Counted from the first letter of the stretch, positions 22,663-32,553 are shown. The stretch is DNA of 64,000 bases from Azonexus sp. (GCA_031277255.1 JAITMS010000017.1:177-64176), one strand, 5' to 3'. Notes: generated by a model from the sequence alone, not told the origin. A program made the numbers and translations.

Positions 22663-23631
22663 ATGAGGTATCAAAAGCACGAAGCCAAAGCATGGGCGCG
22701 CAAAAACCTGCCCGGAATCAATGGCGGCATCATTCAGCCACTGAACAAGGACTACAGCATCGACTATGGCGGCACGCGGGCGTGGATCGAGCGACAGATC
22801 GAGATGGGCGTCAATTCCATCACCTGCGATGGCGCTTGCGGCGAGTGGCTGACTTATACGGTCGAAGAACGCAAAAAAATTTATGAGGTCGCCGTCGATG
22901 CGGTGGCCGGGCGCGTTCCGTTGTTAGCCAACACCAGTCATCCCAGCATCATGGCTGCCGTCGAGCTGGCGAAGCATGCTCAGGCAGTTGGCGTCGATGC
23001 GCTGATGCATGTCACGCCCTATGCCAATTGTTCCGGCAACGAGGGCGTGTTGCGCTATTACGAATATCTGGCCGAGCGCGTTGAGATCGGTATCTGTCTC
23101 TACAACACGCGCCCGTCGGGTTATGTGTTGAGTCCTGAGTTCATCAAGGAACTGGCGGAGAAAATCCCCAACGTCTGTGGCATCAAGCAGGGTATGGGCA
23201 GCCTCGATCAGACACTGAGAGCCTACGCGCTGGCTGGAGACCTGATCGTCATCGGCGATCCTTTTGAGGATTACTGGCCGGAGCAGATGCGCTACATGCC
23301 GGATACTGCGATGCAGTTCTGCAATTTTGTCGGCGCTTTGTTTCAGATCCCGGAGAAGCCGCGCGTCACGCAGTACACCAAGCTGTTCAAGGAGGGTAAG
23401 CAGGTTGAGGCGTACAAGATATTCAACGAGCTTTCACCCTTACGTGTGCTCTTCCACGAAACCCAAGTGGCGTATCTGTCGGGCAAAGGTGTGTTTCCGC
23501 TCGCCGCGCTCAAATACTGGGCGGAAAAACTTGGGTTGCCTGGCGGTCCGGTGCGTCCACCGTTTGAAACGCTCAATGCCTATACGCGTAGCCGGATCGA
23601 CGCTCGCCTGGCTGAAGCCGGATTGATCTGA
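22663..23631 (+). CDS. DapA/HBPHA-family class I aldolase or dehydratase (not true DapA by context)
   Basis: Schiff-base lysine motif VCGIKQG and LYNTRP tyrosine motif. RBS GAGGAG at 22651. ATG 22663 preferred over the TTG at 22645. Confidence 0.7.
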   Translation: MRYQKHEAKAWARKNLPGINGGIIQPLNKDYSIDYGGTRAWIERQIEMGVNSITCDGACGEWLTYTVEERKKIYEVAVDAVAGRVPLLANTSHPSIMAAVELAKHAQAVGVDALMHVTPYANCSGNEGVLRYYEYLAERVEIGICLYNTRPSGYVLSPEFIKELAEKIPNVCGIKQGMGSLDQTLRAYALAGDLIVIGDPFEDYWPEQMRYMPDTAMQFCNFVGALFQIPEKPRVTQYTKLFKEGKQVEAYKIFNELSPLRVLFHETQVAYLSGKGVFPLAALKYWAEKLGLPGGPVRPPFETLNAYTRSRIDARLAEAGLI

Positions 23632-23665
23632 GCGTAGTCGCCGACGACAAAAACGGGAGGCAACC

Positions 23666-24862
23666 ATGATTGGATTCGAGTTATCCGAGGAACAGCGGCA
23701 GCTTCAGGAAACGGCTCGCCGCTTCGCCACGAAGGAAATCAAGCCGTTTGCCGCCGCTGTCGACCGCGTCGCTGATCCGCGGCAGGCTTATCCGAAGGAG
23801 ATCATCGGCAAGGGTTTTGAACTGGGTTTCCATTCTCTGCTGATTCCCGAAGAATACGGCGGCATGGGCGGCTGTACGCTCGATTACGCCGTCTTGCTGG
23901 AAGAACTCGCAGCGGGCGACATCGGCATGGCGAACGCTTTTCACGTCGTCATGTCGATGTCGGAAATGATCGCCCGCATGGGCGTCCGCGAGCAGTGCGA
24001 ACGCTGGCTGAGGCCGATTGCCGAAGATACCCGCGGCGAGTACCTGATTTGTTTCGGCGCTACCGAGCCATCCGGTGGTAGCGAGATATTCTGCCCGACT
24101 GCTGATCCAAAGCTTGGCGTCCGTACGCGGGCCGTACGCGATGGTGACGATTACGTTATCAACGGCAGCAAGGTTTTCAGCAGCAATGCCAGCGTCTCCA
24201 AGCTCTATGGCTTGCTGGCGCGTAGCGACAGCAGCAAGGCCAATGCCGAATCCTGTTCCGTATTTTTCTTCGCCGCCGACACACCAGGTTTTTCGATTGG
24301 CGTCATTGAAGACAAGATGGGGCATCGTGCTTCGATGAATGGCGAGCTGATTTTCGAGAACATGCGCTTGCCAAAGGAAAACATGCTTGGCCGTGAAGGC
24401 GGCGGTTTCGAGACGCTCAACGCCATTTACGACACCAATGGTGTCGGCACCGGCGCTATGGCGGTTGGCGTGGCGCGCGCCGCTTACGAGGCGGCGCTGC
24501 AATATGCCAAGGAGCGTGAAATCTGGGGACAGCCGATCGGCAAGTATCAAGCGGTGGGCCAGATGCTGGTCGATATGAAAGCCGATGTCGAAATGGCCCG
24601 CCTGATCGTGCGCCGCATTGCCTGGCAGGGGGGCAACCGCAACACCAGTGAAGGCATGTTGCCGCCGAACATGGCCAAGGTTTATCCCGCCGAAATGGCG
24701 CGCCGCGTCACGGTCAAGGCGATGCAGATTTTCGGCGGCTCAGGCTACATGAAGGATTACCCGCTGGAGAAATACGTGCGCGACGCCATGGTGCTGCCCA
24801 TTATCAGCGGCGCTAACGAAGTGCTCAAACATTTCATGGCGCAACGCCTGCTTGACGCCTGA
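23666..24862 (+). CDS. acyl-CoA dehydrogenase family protein
   Basis: 398 aa. ELSEEQRQLQETARRFA N-terminus, GATEPSGGSE middle-domain motif, C-terminal four-helix region. Confidence 0.85.
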   Translation: MIGFELSEEQRQLQETARRFATKEIKPFAAAVDRVADPRQAYPKEIIGKGFELGFHSLLIPEEYGGMGGCTLDYAVLLEELAAGDIGMANAFHVVMSMSEMIARMGVREQCERWLRPIAEDTRGEYLICFGATEPSGGSEIFCPTADPKLGVRTRAVRDGDDYVINGSKVFSSNASVSKLYGLLARSDSSKANAESCSVFFFAADTPGFSIGVIEDKMGHRASMNGELIFENMRLPKENMLGREGGGFETLNAIYDTNGVGTGAMAVGVARAAYEAALQYAKEREIWGQPIGKYQAVGQMLVDMKADVEMARLIVRRIAWQGGNRNTSEGMLPPNMAKVYPAEMARRVTVKAMQIFGGSGYMKDYPLEKYVRDAMVLPIISGANEVLKHFMAQRLLDA

Positions 24863-24865
24863 GCC

Positions 24866-26200
24866 ATGGAACCGACCATGAATCTGGGCCGTCTGTTCAA
24901 ACCCAAATCCATCGCCGTCTATGGCGCTTCGGCGACGGATAGCCGCAAGCTCGGCAATACGCTCTTGAAAAACGCGGCGAGCGGCGCTGGCGATGTGCTC
25001 GCCATCCATCCCGAAGCGGATACGATTGATGGTGTTCGCGCCATCGCCAAGCTCGATCAGCCCGTCGACCTGGCGTTGATCTCGGTGCCTGGCGGGCGCG
25101 TCGAAGCTGCCGTGACAGACGCCGCCGCCGCCGGAACCGGAGCCGCCATCGTACTCTCTTCAGGTTTTGGCGAGACCGGGCCGGAAGGGGGCGCCAAGCA
25201 GGATCGGCTGGTCGCCATTGCCCGTGCAGCGGGTATGCGCCTGGTCGGCCCCAATTGCATGGGCGTCGTCAGCCACCTGGGCGGTGATTGCTGGCTCAAT
25301 GGCTCTTATTTCTGGCGCATTCCGGGCGTCAGCGGCGGCTTGTCTTTCGTCAGCCAATCTGGCGCTTTCGGCGGCATGTTTTTTGGCCATATGCGCGCCA
25401 GCGGACTGGGGCTGTCACGTTTTCTCAGTGTCGGCAACTCCGCCGACGTCGGCATTACTGACGCCCTCGAATGGCTGGGCGACGATCCACAAACGACGGC
25501 CATCGGCATGTTTGTCGAAGGTTTCGGCGATGGGCGGCGCTTTGTCGACGTCGCCCGCCGCGTCACCGCGAAAAAACCTGTCATTGTGCTCAAGGCCGGC
25601 AAGATGGCCGCCGGGGCGAAAGCCGCCGCCAGTCATACCGGCAGCATGGTCGGCAGCCACGCCGCCGTGCGCGCCGGGTTGCGGCGCGCTGGCGTCATTG
25701 AGGCGAGCGATACCGAATCCTTTTTCGACGCTATGGATGCAGCAGCTTCCGGCTTGCGCCGGAAAATCCGCAATATCGCCATCGTCACCATTTCCGGTGG
25801 CCCTTCGGTGCTGGCCGCCGATGCCTGCGAACGCGCCGGATTGACGTTGCCATCGTTGAGTGTCGGCACCATCGAGCGTTTGCGCGGTCTGACGCCGTCA
25901 TTCGCGGCGCTGGGCAACCCGATTGATCTGACACCGCAATGTCCAGCCGATAACTTTATCCCGGCCATTGAAGCCATCTATGCTGATCCAGCCATTGAAG
26001 GCGTGGTGGCGATCAATTGCGGGCTGGATCTCAAGCCATTCGGCACTGGCGTGGCGCGGGCGGTTGCCGCCACCGGCAAGCCGACGGCGGCTTTCGTCCT
26101 TGATGCGCCCGGCGTTGATGCCGAGATGGCGAAAGCAGGCGTCATGCGCTTTGCTTCGCCGGAACGTGCCGTGAGCGTGTTGGCCGGGGGGCTTAAATGA
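24866..26200 (+). CDS. ADP-forming acyl-CoA synthetase family, CoA-binding/ligase-CoA (alpha-like) subunit
   Basis: KSIAVYGAS CoA-binding start, succinyl-CoA-synthetase-alpha-like fold, SHTGSMVG phosphohistidine-type loop. Alternative start at 24878. Confidence 0.75.
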   Translation: MEPTMNLGRLFKPKSIAVYGASATDSRKLGNTLLKNAASGAGDVLAIHPEADTIDGVRAIAKLDQPVDLALISVPGGRVEAAVTDAAAAGTGAAIVLSSGFGETGPEGGAKQDRLVAIARAAGMRLVGPNCMGVVSHLGGDCWLNGSYFWRIPGVSGGLSFVSQSGAFGGMFFGHMRASGLGLSRFLSVGNSADVGITDALEWLGDDPQTTAIGMFVEGFGDGRRFVDVARRVTAKKPVIVLKAGKMAAGAKAAASHTGSMVGSHAAVRAGLRRAGVIEASDTESFFDAMDAAASGLRRKIRNIAIVTISGGPSVLAADACERAGLTLPSLSVGTIERLRGLTPSFAALGNPIDLTPQCPADNFIPAIEAIYADPAIEGVVAINCGLDLKPFGTGVARAVAATGKPTAAFVLDAPGVDAEMAKAGVMRFASPERAVSVLAGGLK

Positions 26201-26820
26201 AAACCTTGAGCGAATGGGAAAGCAAGCGGCGCCTCGAAGGGTTGCCGTACCCGCGGGAGTTGCTGGCGAAATCGCGGGCAGAGGCCAAGGCGTTTGTTGT
26301 CACGTTGGGTAAGCCGGTTGTCGCCAAGGCTTCGGGCGTTGCGCACAAGACGGAAGGCGGACTGGTGCGCTTCAATATTGACGCGCAAATGATCGACGCG
26401 GTGTGGGAAGAACTTGCCGCCGCTGGTGATGGCGCGGTTCTGCTCGCCGAGCAGTTGCAAGCGGAACTGGAATTGATCGTCGGCGGCTACCGTGACCCCG
26501 GTTTTGGCCCCTTGGTTACCGTCGGCATCGGTGGTATTGCGGCGGAAATTTTTAGCGATGTGGCGGCCATCCTCGCGCCGCCGGAAGCAGGCGAAGTCGC
26601 CGCCGCTCTCGGTCAACTGACGGGATATAAGCTGTTACAGGGCATTCGCGGCGGCCCGCCGGTCGATGTCGCGGCCTTGGCGCAGATCGTCAATGGCGTG
26701 GCGAATCTGCTGGTCAAGGATACGGCAGTGATGGAAATCGATTGCAATCCAGTCCTGGTCTGCCAAGGCAAACCCGTTGTCGTCGATGCGTTGATCGTCC
26801 TCAGCGATGGCGATGTCTGA
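26197..26820 (+). CDS. ADP-forming acyl-CoA synthetase family, ATP-grasp (beta-like) subunit
   Basis: 207 aa. LSEWESKRRLEGLPYP...VVAKASG..HKTEGGLV ATP-grasp motif. ATGA overlap with the upstream subunit. Confidence 0.7.
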   Translation: MKTLSEWESKRRLEGLPYPRELLAKSRAEAKAFVVTLGKPVVAKASGVAHKTEGGLVRFNIDAQMIDAVWEELAAAGDGAVLLAEQLQAELELIVGGYRDPGFGPLVTVGIGGIAAEIFSDVAAILAPPEAGEVAAALGQLTGYKLLQGIRGGPPVDVAALAQIVNGVANLLVKDTAVMEIDCNPVLVCQGKPVVVDALIVLSDGDV

Positions 26821-26857
26821 GCGCCGGACGATTTTTTCAATCCGGAGAATCGAACAT

Positions 26858-27724
26858 ATGCAGGAAATCACAAGCTATCTCGCGCCCCGCAGCCTCGATG
26901 AAGCGTTGCAGGCTATGGCGACGGGCGATGTCACCGTATTCTGCGGCGGTACCGACTTGGCGCCGCAGACAGAAGCGGGCGTCCGCCGGTACAGCACCCG
27001 CCTCATGAATATCCGCCGCATTGAAAATCTGGATGGCATCGAGGAAAAGGATGGTGTCATCCGCATCGGTGCGCTCACTACAATCAGCGAAATCCGACGC
27101 CATCCTCTGATCGCCGGAGCGGCGCCGATTTTGGCCGAAGCGGCTGAGCATTTCGCCAGCGACCAGATTCGCAACGTGGCGTCGATCGGCGGCAACATCT
27201 GCAATGCCTCACCCGCTGGCGACATGATTAATCCCTTGCTGGTGCTCGATGCTGCCGTCGAATTGGCAAGCTGGGCTGATGGCGCGCAACAAAAACGCAG
27301 GGTGCCGCTGGAGCATTTCTTTACCAGTCCGCAGCGGACGGTCAAACGCGCCGATGAACTTCTGACTTCGGTCACTTTCAGGAAACCGGCGGCGGATTTC
27401 GTGGGCCGCTTTCGCAAATCCGGTCCGCGGCCCGCGCTTGAAATTTCGACGGTATCGGTCGGCGTCGGCGGCAATTTTAGCGGCGGCGTCTTGCGCAATG
27501 CGCGCGTCGCCTTCGGTTCCGTTGCGCCAACGCCGTTGCGTGCCCGCCATGTCGAGGCGGCGCTTGAAGGCTGCAAGCTCAACGCCGACGTCATCAGTGC
27601 GGCGCTGGTCGCGGCCCGATCCGACGCCAAACCGATTGACGACGTTCGCGCCAGCGCCTGGTATCGCAGCCATCTGCTCGAAGTGTTTCTGGAGGAGGTT
27701 TTGCATCATGTCCGTGGCAATTGA
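26858..27724 (+). CDS. molybdenum hydroxylase (xanthine dehydrogenase/CoxM family) FAD-binding medium subunit
   Basis: FCGGTDL and ASIGGNICNASPAGD FAD motifs. 288 aa with only 3 Cys, so no extra Fe-S loop. Confidence 0.85.
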   Translation: MQEITSYLAPRSLDEALQAMATGDVTVFCGGTDLAPQTEAGVRRYSTRLMNIRRIENLDGIEEKDGVIRIGALTTISEIRRHPLIAGAAPILAEAAEHFASDQIRNVASIGGNICNASPAGDMINPLLVLDAAVELASWADGAQQKRRVPLEHFFTSPQRTVKRADELLTSVTFRKPAADFVGRFRKSGPRPALEISTVSVGVGGNFSGGVLRNARVAFGSVAPTPLRARHVEAALEGCKLNADVISAALVAARSDAKPIDDVRASAWYRSHLLEVFLEEVLHHVRGN

Positions 27725-28193
27725 AATTAGCTTCACGCTCAATGGCCGCCTCGTCTCGGCGCGCATTCCGCCAACGATGAAAACGCTGACCATGCTGCGT
27801 GATCGATTTGGCTTGAGCGGCACCAAATACGCTTGTGGCGAAGGGGAATGCGGCGCTTGCACGATCCGGGTCGATGGCAAAACACAGAATAGTTGCCTGA
27901 TGTTCGCCGCCGATTGCGATGGCCGCGACATCGTCACCATCGAAGGTTTGAAAACGCCGACTGGCATGAATCCGGTGCAAAAAGCTTTCGTCGAACATGG
28001 CGCCGTGCAGTGCGGCTTCTGTATGCCGGGCATGATCATGCAGGCCGATTATCTGATTGCCAATAATCCCCATCTGACGCGCCAGGAAGCACAGCGTGGT
28101 CTTGAAGGCAATCTGTGCCGCTGCACCGGCTACACCAAAGTGCTTGATGCTGTCGAGTCCGCGGTCGAGCAGAAGTGCTGCGGGCAGTGCTGA
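27708..28193 (+). CDS. molybdenum hydroxylase [2Fe-2S] small subunit (CoxS family)
   Basis: CGEGECGACTIRVDG and CGFCMPG...CRCTGY cluster motifs. Start ATG 27708 overlaps the medium subunit by 17 nt. Confidence 0.9.
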   Translation: MSVAIEISFTLNGRLVSARIPPTMKTLTMLRDRFGLSGTKYACGEGECGACTIRVDGKTQNSCLMFAADCDGRDIVTIEGLKTPTGMNPVQKAFVEHGAVQCGFCMPGMIMQADYLIANNPHLTRQEAQRGLEGNLCRCTGYTKVLDAVESAVEQKCCGQC

Positions 28194-28206
28194 AGGAGAA
28201 ACGCCC

Positions 28207-30528
28207 ATGGAACAGAAAGTTACCGCGTCGACCATCGAAAAGAAAAGCCTGATCGGTCAGCGTATCAAGAAACCCGACGCGCCCGACAAAGCTACTGGCA
28301 AAACCCGCTACATCAACGATATGGTGCTGCCGCAAATGCTTCACGGGAAAGTGCTGTTTGCCGGTCGCCCCCATGCCAGGATTGTTCGCATCGACACTGC
28401 GGCGGCGGCTAGGTTGCCGGGCGTGCACGCCGTATTGACCGGCAAGGATACGGCGGGTCTGAATTTCGGTTTTGTCCGCGATAACGTTCCGCTAAAAAAT
28501 ATTGTCCGCTGCGAACATGACGAGATCGCCGCTGTCGCCGCCGAAAGTGAGGATGTTGCCCGTCAGGCGCTCAAGCTGATCGAAGTCGAATACGAGGATC
28601 TGCCCGGCGTCTTCACCCCGGAGGCAGGCGCCAAGGCTGATGCGCCGCTTATCCGCGACAATTTTCCCGGCAACAAAAGCCTGTCTTTTGAATTCAGGCA
28701 TGGTGATGTCGCCGCCGCCGAAGCCGCTTCGGATTTCATCGTCGATAGCGTTTTCCGCCCGCACCACGTTACCCATTGCTGCATGGGAACATCCTGCGCC
28801 ATTGCCGATTTCGACGACAACGGCAAACTGACGATCTGGACGCAGACCCAATATCCCTACAACTACAAGATGGATCTCGCGCCCGCTCTTGGCATTCAGC
28901 CGGGCGATATCCGCGTGATTCAGCCACCGGTCGGCGGCGCTTTTGGCTCCAAGCTCGATGTCTATCCCTACGAGCCAATTGCCGCGCTGCTGGCGAAGAA
29001 AACAGGCCGCCCGGTCAAAGTGATGTATTCGCGTGAAGAAGAATTCAAGGCGTCGCCGACCCGCCAGCCCGCCATCATCCACATGCGCACCGGTTGCAGG
29101 CGCGACGGCACGCTGACTTTCCGCACCGCTGACGTGCTCCTCGACAACGGCGCTTACACATCGTGGGGACCGACCATCCCGGTCATTATGATGCGCACCA
29201 CCTCAGGTCATTACCGCGTGCCGGTGGTCGACTTCAAAGCCCAGGCCATTTACACCAACAACCCTTACGCCGGTTCGTTTCGCGGCTACGGGAATGTCCA
29301 GACCACTTACGCAACGGCCCAGCAGATGGATATGCTGGCCGATATGGTCGATCTTGACCCGCTTGAATTTCACATCAAAAACGCGCAAAAATCTGGCGAA
29401 ATCACGCCACAAAAATCCTTTCTGCGCGAATGCGTACTCGCCGAATGTCTTGAAACGGCAGCCAAAGCTTCTGATTACAGCAAGAAACGTAAGGAATACG
29501 CGGCCTTGCGCGGAGCGCCGGGGCGTTTCAAAAAAGGTATCGGGCTGGCTTCGTCGATCCACAACGCGGGCGGCGCCAAAATTCACAAATCGGACGGCAT
29601 CGGCACCATCCTCAAAGTCGATGACTACGCCCGTGTCACGGTCATCACTGGCGCTTCAGAAATCGGCCAAGGCATCGACGCGGTGATTACCCTCATCGTT
29701 GCCGAAGAACTCGGCGTGCCGCTTGAACACGTTACCCTCGTCAACAATGATTCTGACATCGCGCCTTGGGATGTCGGCGTCCATGCCTCACGAACCACAT
29801 TTATCGCTGGCAACGGCACGCGGCGGGCGGCGCGAAAGGCGAAGGCACAGATTCTCCAGGCCGCCGAAAAATTTTTCGGCGAACCGGCTGACACGCTGGA
29901 ACTGCGTGGCGGTTCTGTTGTGCGCGAGCAGTGCGGCACGCCGCTCATCAAACTCGACCGCCTGCTGCGCCAAATGCATTTTCAGGACGAGCCGGAACTG
30001 GTGATGGTGACCGACTACTACGAGCCGAAAAGCGAGCCGGAAGGCGCCGCCCACCTGTCCGATCATTCAGCCGCCTATTCCCATGCCGTACATATTGCCG
30101 AAATCACCGTCGATACGCTGACCGGTGAAATCAGGGTCGATCGCGTCACGGTCGCACAGGATGTCGGTCGAGTCATCAATCGTCTGGGCCTCGAAGGGCA
30201 GGTTGAGGGCGGCATCGCTATCGGCCTGGGTTACGCCTTGAGTGAAAACATGCAGCTCGAACGCGGCATCCTCAAAAACTCCTGTTTCCGCGACTACAAG
30301 CTGATAACCGCGCCGGAAATGCCGCCACTTGAGATGCACTTCATCGAGAGCGACTGCGCCGAAGGTCCCTACGGCGCCAAGGGGGTCTCGGAGCTGCCGA
30401 CCATCGTCATTGCGCCAGCCATCGCCAATGCGCTGTACAACGCCACCGGCGTGCGCATCTTCGATCCGCCACTGGCGCCGGAAAAAGTGGCGCGGGCCAT
30501 TGCCGAAATGCGGCAACGCAAACTGTAG
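28207..30528 (+). CDS. molybdenum hydroxylase molybdopterin-binding large subunit (CoxL/XdhB family)
   Basis: 773 aa. GKTRYINDM N-terminus, QPPVGGAFGSK Moco motif, C-terminal GAKGVSELP with the catalytic Glu. Confidence 0.9.
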   Translation: MEQKVTASTIEKKSLIGQRIKKPDAPDKATGKTRYINDMVLPQMLHGKVLFAGRPHARIVRIDTAAAARLPGVHAVLTGKDTAGLNFGFVRDNVPLKNIVRCEHDEIAAVAAESEDVARQALKLIEVEYEDLPGVFTPEAGAKADAPLIRDNFPGNKSLSFEFRHGDVAAAEAASDFIVDSVFRPHHVTHCCMGTSCAIADFDDNGKLTIWTQTQYPYNYKMDLAPALGIQPGDIRVIQPPVGGAFGSKLDVYPYEPIAALLAKKTGRPVKVMYSREEEFKASPTRQPAIIHMRTGCRRDGTLTFRTADVLLDNGAYTSWGPTIPVIMMRTTSGHYRVPVVDFKAQAIYTNNPYAGSFRGYGNVQTTYATAQQMDMLADMVDLDPLEFHIKNAQKSGEITPQKSFLRECVLAECLETAAKASDYSKKRKEYAALRGAPGRFKKGIGLASSIHNAGGAKIHKSDGIGTILKVDDYARVTVITGASEIGQGIDAVITLIVAEELGVPLEHVTLVNNDSDIAPWDVGVHASRTTFIAGNGTRRAARKAKAQILQAAEKFFGEPADTLELRGGSVVREQCGTPLIKLDRLLRQMHFQDEPELVMVTDYYEPKSEPEGAAHLSDHSAAYSHAVHIAEITVDTLTGEIRVDRVTVAQDVGRVINRLGLEGQVEGGIAIGLGYALSENMQLERGILKNSCFRDYKLITAPEMPPLEMHFIESDCAEGPYGAKGVSELPTIVIAPAIANALYNATGVRIFDPPLAPEKVARAIAEMRQRKL

Positions 30529-30553
30529 GGCGTTGCGATCAGGAGGCTCCGCA

Positions 30554-32059
30554 ATGAATATTGCCGACTGGATTGAAAAATGGGCGCGCGCCACGCCAAA
30601 CAAGGCAGCGCTACGTTTTGCCGACGACCAACTGAGCTACGCTCGCTTCAACGACGAAATCAAGACCCACGCCCGGATGTTACGTAACAAACTCGGCATC
30701 GCGCCGGGTGACCGCGTTGCTCATCTGGGGCAGAACCATCCGCGGATGCTGATAACCCTGTTCGCCTGCGCCCGCTTGGGCGCGATTTTCGTACCGCTCA
30801 ACTGGCGGCTGGCGCCACGGGAACATCTGCACATGTTGCGCCATTGCGCTGCCGCCGTGCTGGTCGTAGACGAACCTTACGTCAGCCAGTGCGAGCGATT
30901 CCGCGCCGAAACGCCCGATTGCCTGTTCGTCGCCATGAATGACAACGACCCTGTCGGATGGCCGAAACTCGATGATCTGCTACGCGATGCGGTGGGCGAA
31001 GACCATCACCCCGGTAGCGGCTTCGACGATCCACTACTGCTCATTTATACCTCTGGCACCACGGGCGCGCCCAAGGGCGCTGTGCTGAAGCAGGCCGCTG
31101 TTCAGGCCAATGCACTCAACAGCGTGTTGCTGCACGACATGACGAGCCAGGACGTGATTCTTACCATCTTGCCGCTCTTCCACGTCGGCGGCCTCAATGT
31201 CCAGACCACGGCGGCTTTGTATCGCGGCGCCACGGTCATCCTGCACCGCGCCTTTGCGCCCCGGCAGACGCTCGATTGCCTGCTCGGCGAAAAACCAACG
31301 CTGACCATCATCCTGCCTGCTCACATGGAGCCGCTGCAAAGCCTGCCCGACTGGGCAACGGCAAAAATCCCGCTACGCGCGGTATTGACCGGTTCCAGCG
31401 CCATTCCTGATGAGATGACGCGTCATTGGCACGGACGCGGTATTCCGTTGCTCAATATGTACGGTTCCAGCGAAACCGCGCCGATCGCCATTCATCAGTC
31501 GGTAACCAACGCTTTCGCCACCGTCGGCACAGTCGGTTTTCCCGCCATGCATTGCGCCATTCGCATCGTCGACGAGGCCGACCAGGATTGCAGAATTGAC
31601 GAACCGGGCGAGATTCTCGTGCGTGGCCCCAACGTTATGTCGTATTACTGGAACGACGAAGAAGCCACCCGCAACGCCTTCATCAACGGCTGGTTCCGCA
31701 CTGGTGACATTGGTACCGTCGATACTGGTGGTTGTTATCGCATCCTCGATCGTAAAAAGGACGTGATTATTTCCGGTGGCGAGAACATCTATCCGGCGGA
31801 AATCGAAAATATCCTGCTCTCGCACCCCAGCATCCTCGAAGCTGTCGTCGTCAGACGCCGGGATATGCAGTGGGGCGAAATACCGGTTGCGGTCATCGTC
31901 GCCAGACCTGCCAGCCGACTCGACAAAAAGACCGTGCTCGACTGGTTCAACGGCAAGATCGGACGCTATAAACATCCGAAAGACGTGGTGTTCGTCGACG
32001 CGCTGCCGCGTAACGCCATGGGCAAAGTGGTCAAACACGTATTACGCGACACGGTGTAA
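30554..32059 (+). CDS. AMP-forming acyl-CoA synthetase (ANL superfamily)
   Basis: LIYTSGTTGAPKGAVL AMP motif, YGSSET, GWFRTGD, PRNAMGKV. RBS AGGAGG at 30541. Confidence 0.9.
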   Translation: MNIADWIEKWARATPNKAALRFADDQLSYARFNDEIKTHARMLRNKLGIAPGDRVAHLGQNHPRMLITLFACARLGAIFVPLNWRLAPREHLHMLRHCAAAVLVVDEPYVSQCERFRAETPDCLFVAMNDNDPVGWPKLDDLLRDAVGEDHHPGSGFDDPLLLIYTSGTTGAPKGAVLKQAAVQANALNSVLLHDMTSQDVILTILPLFHVGGLNVQTTAALYRGATVILHRAFAPRQTLDCLLGEKPTLTIILPAHMEPLQSLPDWATAKIPLRAVLTGSSAIPDEMTRHWHGRGIPLLNMYGSSETAPIAIHQSVTNAFATVGTVGFPAMHCAIRIVDEADQDCRIDEPGEILVRGPNVMSYYWNDEEATRNAFINGWFRTGDIGTVDTGGCYRILDRKKDVIISGGENIYPAEIENILLSHPSILEAVVVRRRDMQWGEIPVAVIVARPASRLDKKTVLDWFNGKIGRYKHPKDVVFVDALPRNAMGKVVKHVLRDTV

Positions 32060-32070
32060 CGGGAGGGGCG

Positions 32071-32322
32071 ATGAAAATCCGCTATGGCGGCTGGCTGAAA
32101 AATCTGATCGGCGGCGACGCTGAAGATGTCGTCCTGCCCGCTGGCGTCACTACGGTCGGCGCTCTTCTCGACTGGCTGTCAAGCCGTGGCGAACGCTATG
32201 AAAAAGCCTTCGAGCACAGCAGCATCTTCATTGTTTCCGTCAACTGGAGATATGCCAGACAACAAGATCCCGTCACCAATCAGGACGAAGTTCTGCTGAT
32301 GCCGCCCATTGCCGGAGGATAA
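32071..32322 (+). CDS. MoaD/ThiS-family small sulfur-carrier-like protein
   Basis: 83 aa, beta-grasp size, ends in ...LLMPPIAGG (C-terminal Gly-Gly). Confidence 0.7.
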   Translation: MKIRYGGWLKNLIGGDAEDVVLPAGVTTVGALLDWLSSRGERYEKAFEHSSIFIVSVNWRYARQQDPVTNQDEVLLMPPIAGG

Positions 32323-32553
32323 GCGCCATGAACGGAGATTTTGCGAGTTCCGGATGGACGAGCGGCAGCCGTTGGCATTGTGCGTCGCCAGTCATTTTTT
32401 ATGCGCTCTCAAGCAAGACTCGGTACGGCGGACATCTGAAATTAAGCCCGCAGCCAAGGCTGAATCACAAGATAATGACGTATTGATATGATGCCGGGGA
32501 GCATCGTTGTGGCGTCGCGGCAAGCGGCGCGTTGAAGTCAAAGGAGGAGGCGC

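Noticed and set aside
26858-30528. Calling the molybdenum hydroxylase 4-hydroxybenzoyl-CoA reductase or CO dehydrogenase.
   Set aside because: The medium subunit has only 3 Cys and no inserted Fe-S loop. The large subunit lacks the CODH VAYRCSFR-type loop as far as I can see. The gene order differs from hcrCAB. The substrate is left open.
32309-32491. 60-aa ORF between the moaD-like and araC genes.
   Set aside because: It overlaps the moaD-like stop and has no RBS, motif or hydrophobic or structured pattern. It is probably non-coding promoter DNA for araC.
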